This document shows, piece after piece, positions 63,763 through 64,000 of a stretch of DNA of 64,000 nucleotides (within the stretch, counting starts at the first letter, position 1; each line of letters starts with the position of its first letter). The notes below the pieces were generated by a model. The model did not search any database, was not told where the DNA came from, and was given only the letters and a program-made list of their open reading frames with translations. Source of the DNA: Leucoraja erinacea (lineage: Eukaryota); NCBI RefSeq assembly GCF_028641065.1, contig NC_073414.1, forward strand, positions 1,302,001-1,366,000, read 5' to 3'. Position numbers and translations under genes: made by a program.

Positions 63763-64000
63763 ATTTTGTCTTAGTGTCATTTTTCTTGAATACATTTGTT
63801 TATTGGCTGTGAAAACATTGCCGATTAGGAAACACATTTGCTTCACTTAGTGATCAAGAGAAATAAACTGAATTTGGTGATAATGGATTTGAGAAGGTTC
63901 CTTCTGCCTTTATTGTTGAATAGTTTGGAATTTAGAGCATTTGGCCAACCACACCCATTCCATCCTAAATGGACATTTATTTGAATCCCTTTTTTACAAC

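Overview
Vertebrate genomic DNA. The repeat content (HE1/V-SINE-like SINEs, CR1/HER1-like LINE 3' ends) points to a cartilaginous fish such as a skate or ray. The window has six N-gaps and five recognisable protein genes: QPCTL (- strand, exons 1-6; the last exon lies left of the window), FBXO46 (-, one coding exon broken by two homopolymer frameshifts), NANOS2 (+), a ZBTB1-like BTB/zinc-finger gene (+) and POLR1G/CD3EAP (-, two exons). It also holds a tRNA-Gly(GCC) pseudogene. Four of the genes have orthologues on human 19q13.3. Most other listed ORFs are TE fragments, low-complexity tracts or gap artefacts. Most notable signals: (1) six short CAAAGAT-type inserts (five inside exact 8-bp duplications) that look like P-element-type excision footprints, plus a ~375-bp element with matching TIRs; (2) a 68-bp tandem array forming most of the nanos2 3'UTR, with Pumilio-element-like motifs in register; (3) a probable ZBTB1 ohnologue; (4) an ~850-bp inverted duplication bracketing ZBTB1-like and POLR1G; (5) Penelope-type minimal hammerhead cores and 66-bp arrays derived from them; (6) possible decayed Mononegavirales L-gene fragments near the right end (speculative). 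All homology calls are from memory of the families; no database search was run.
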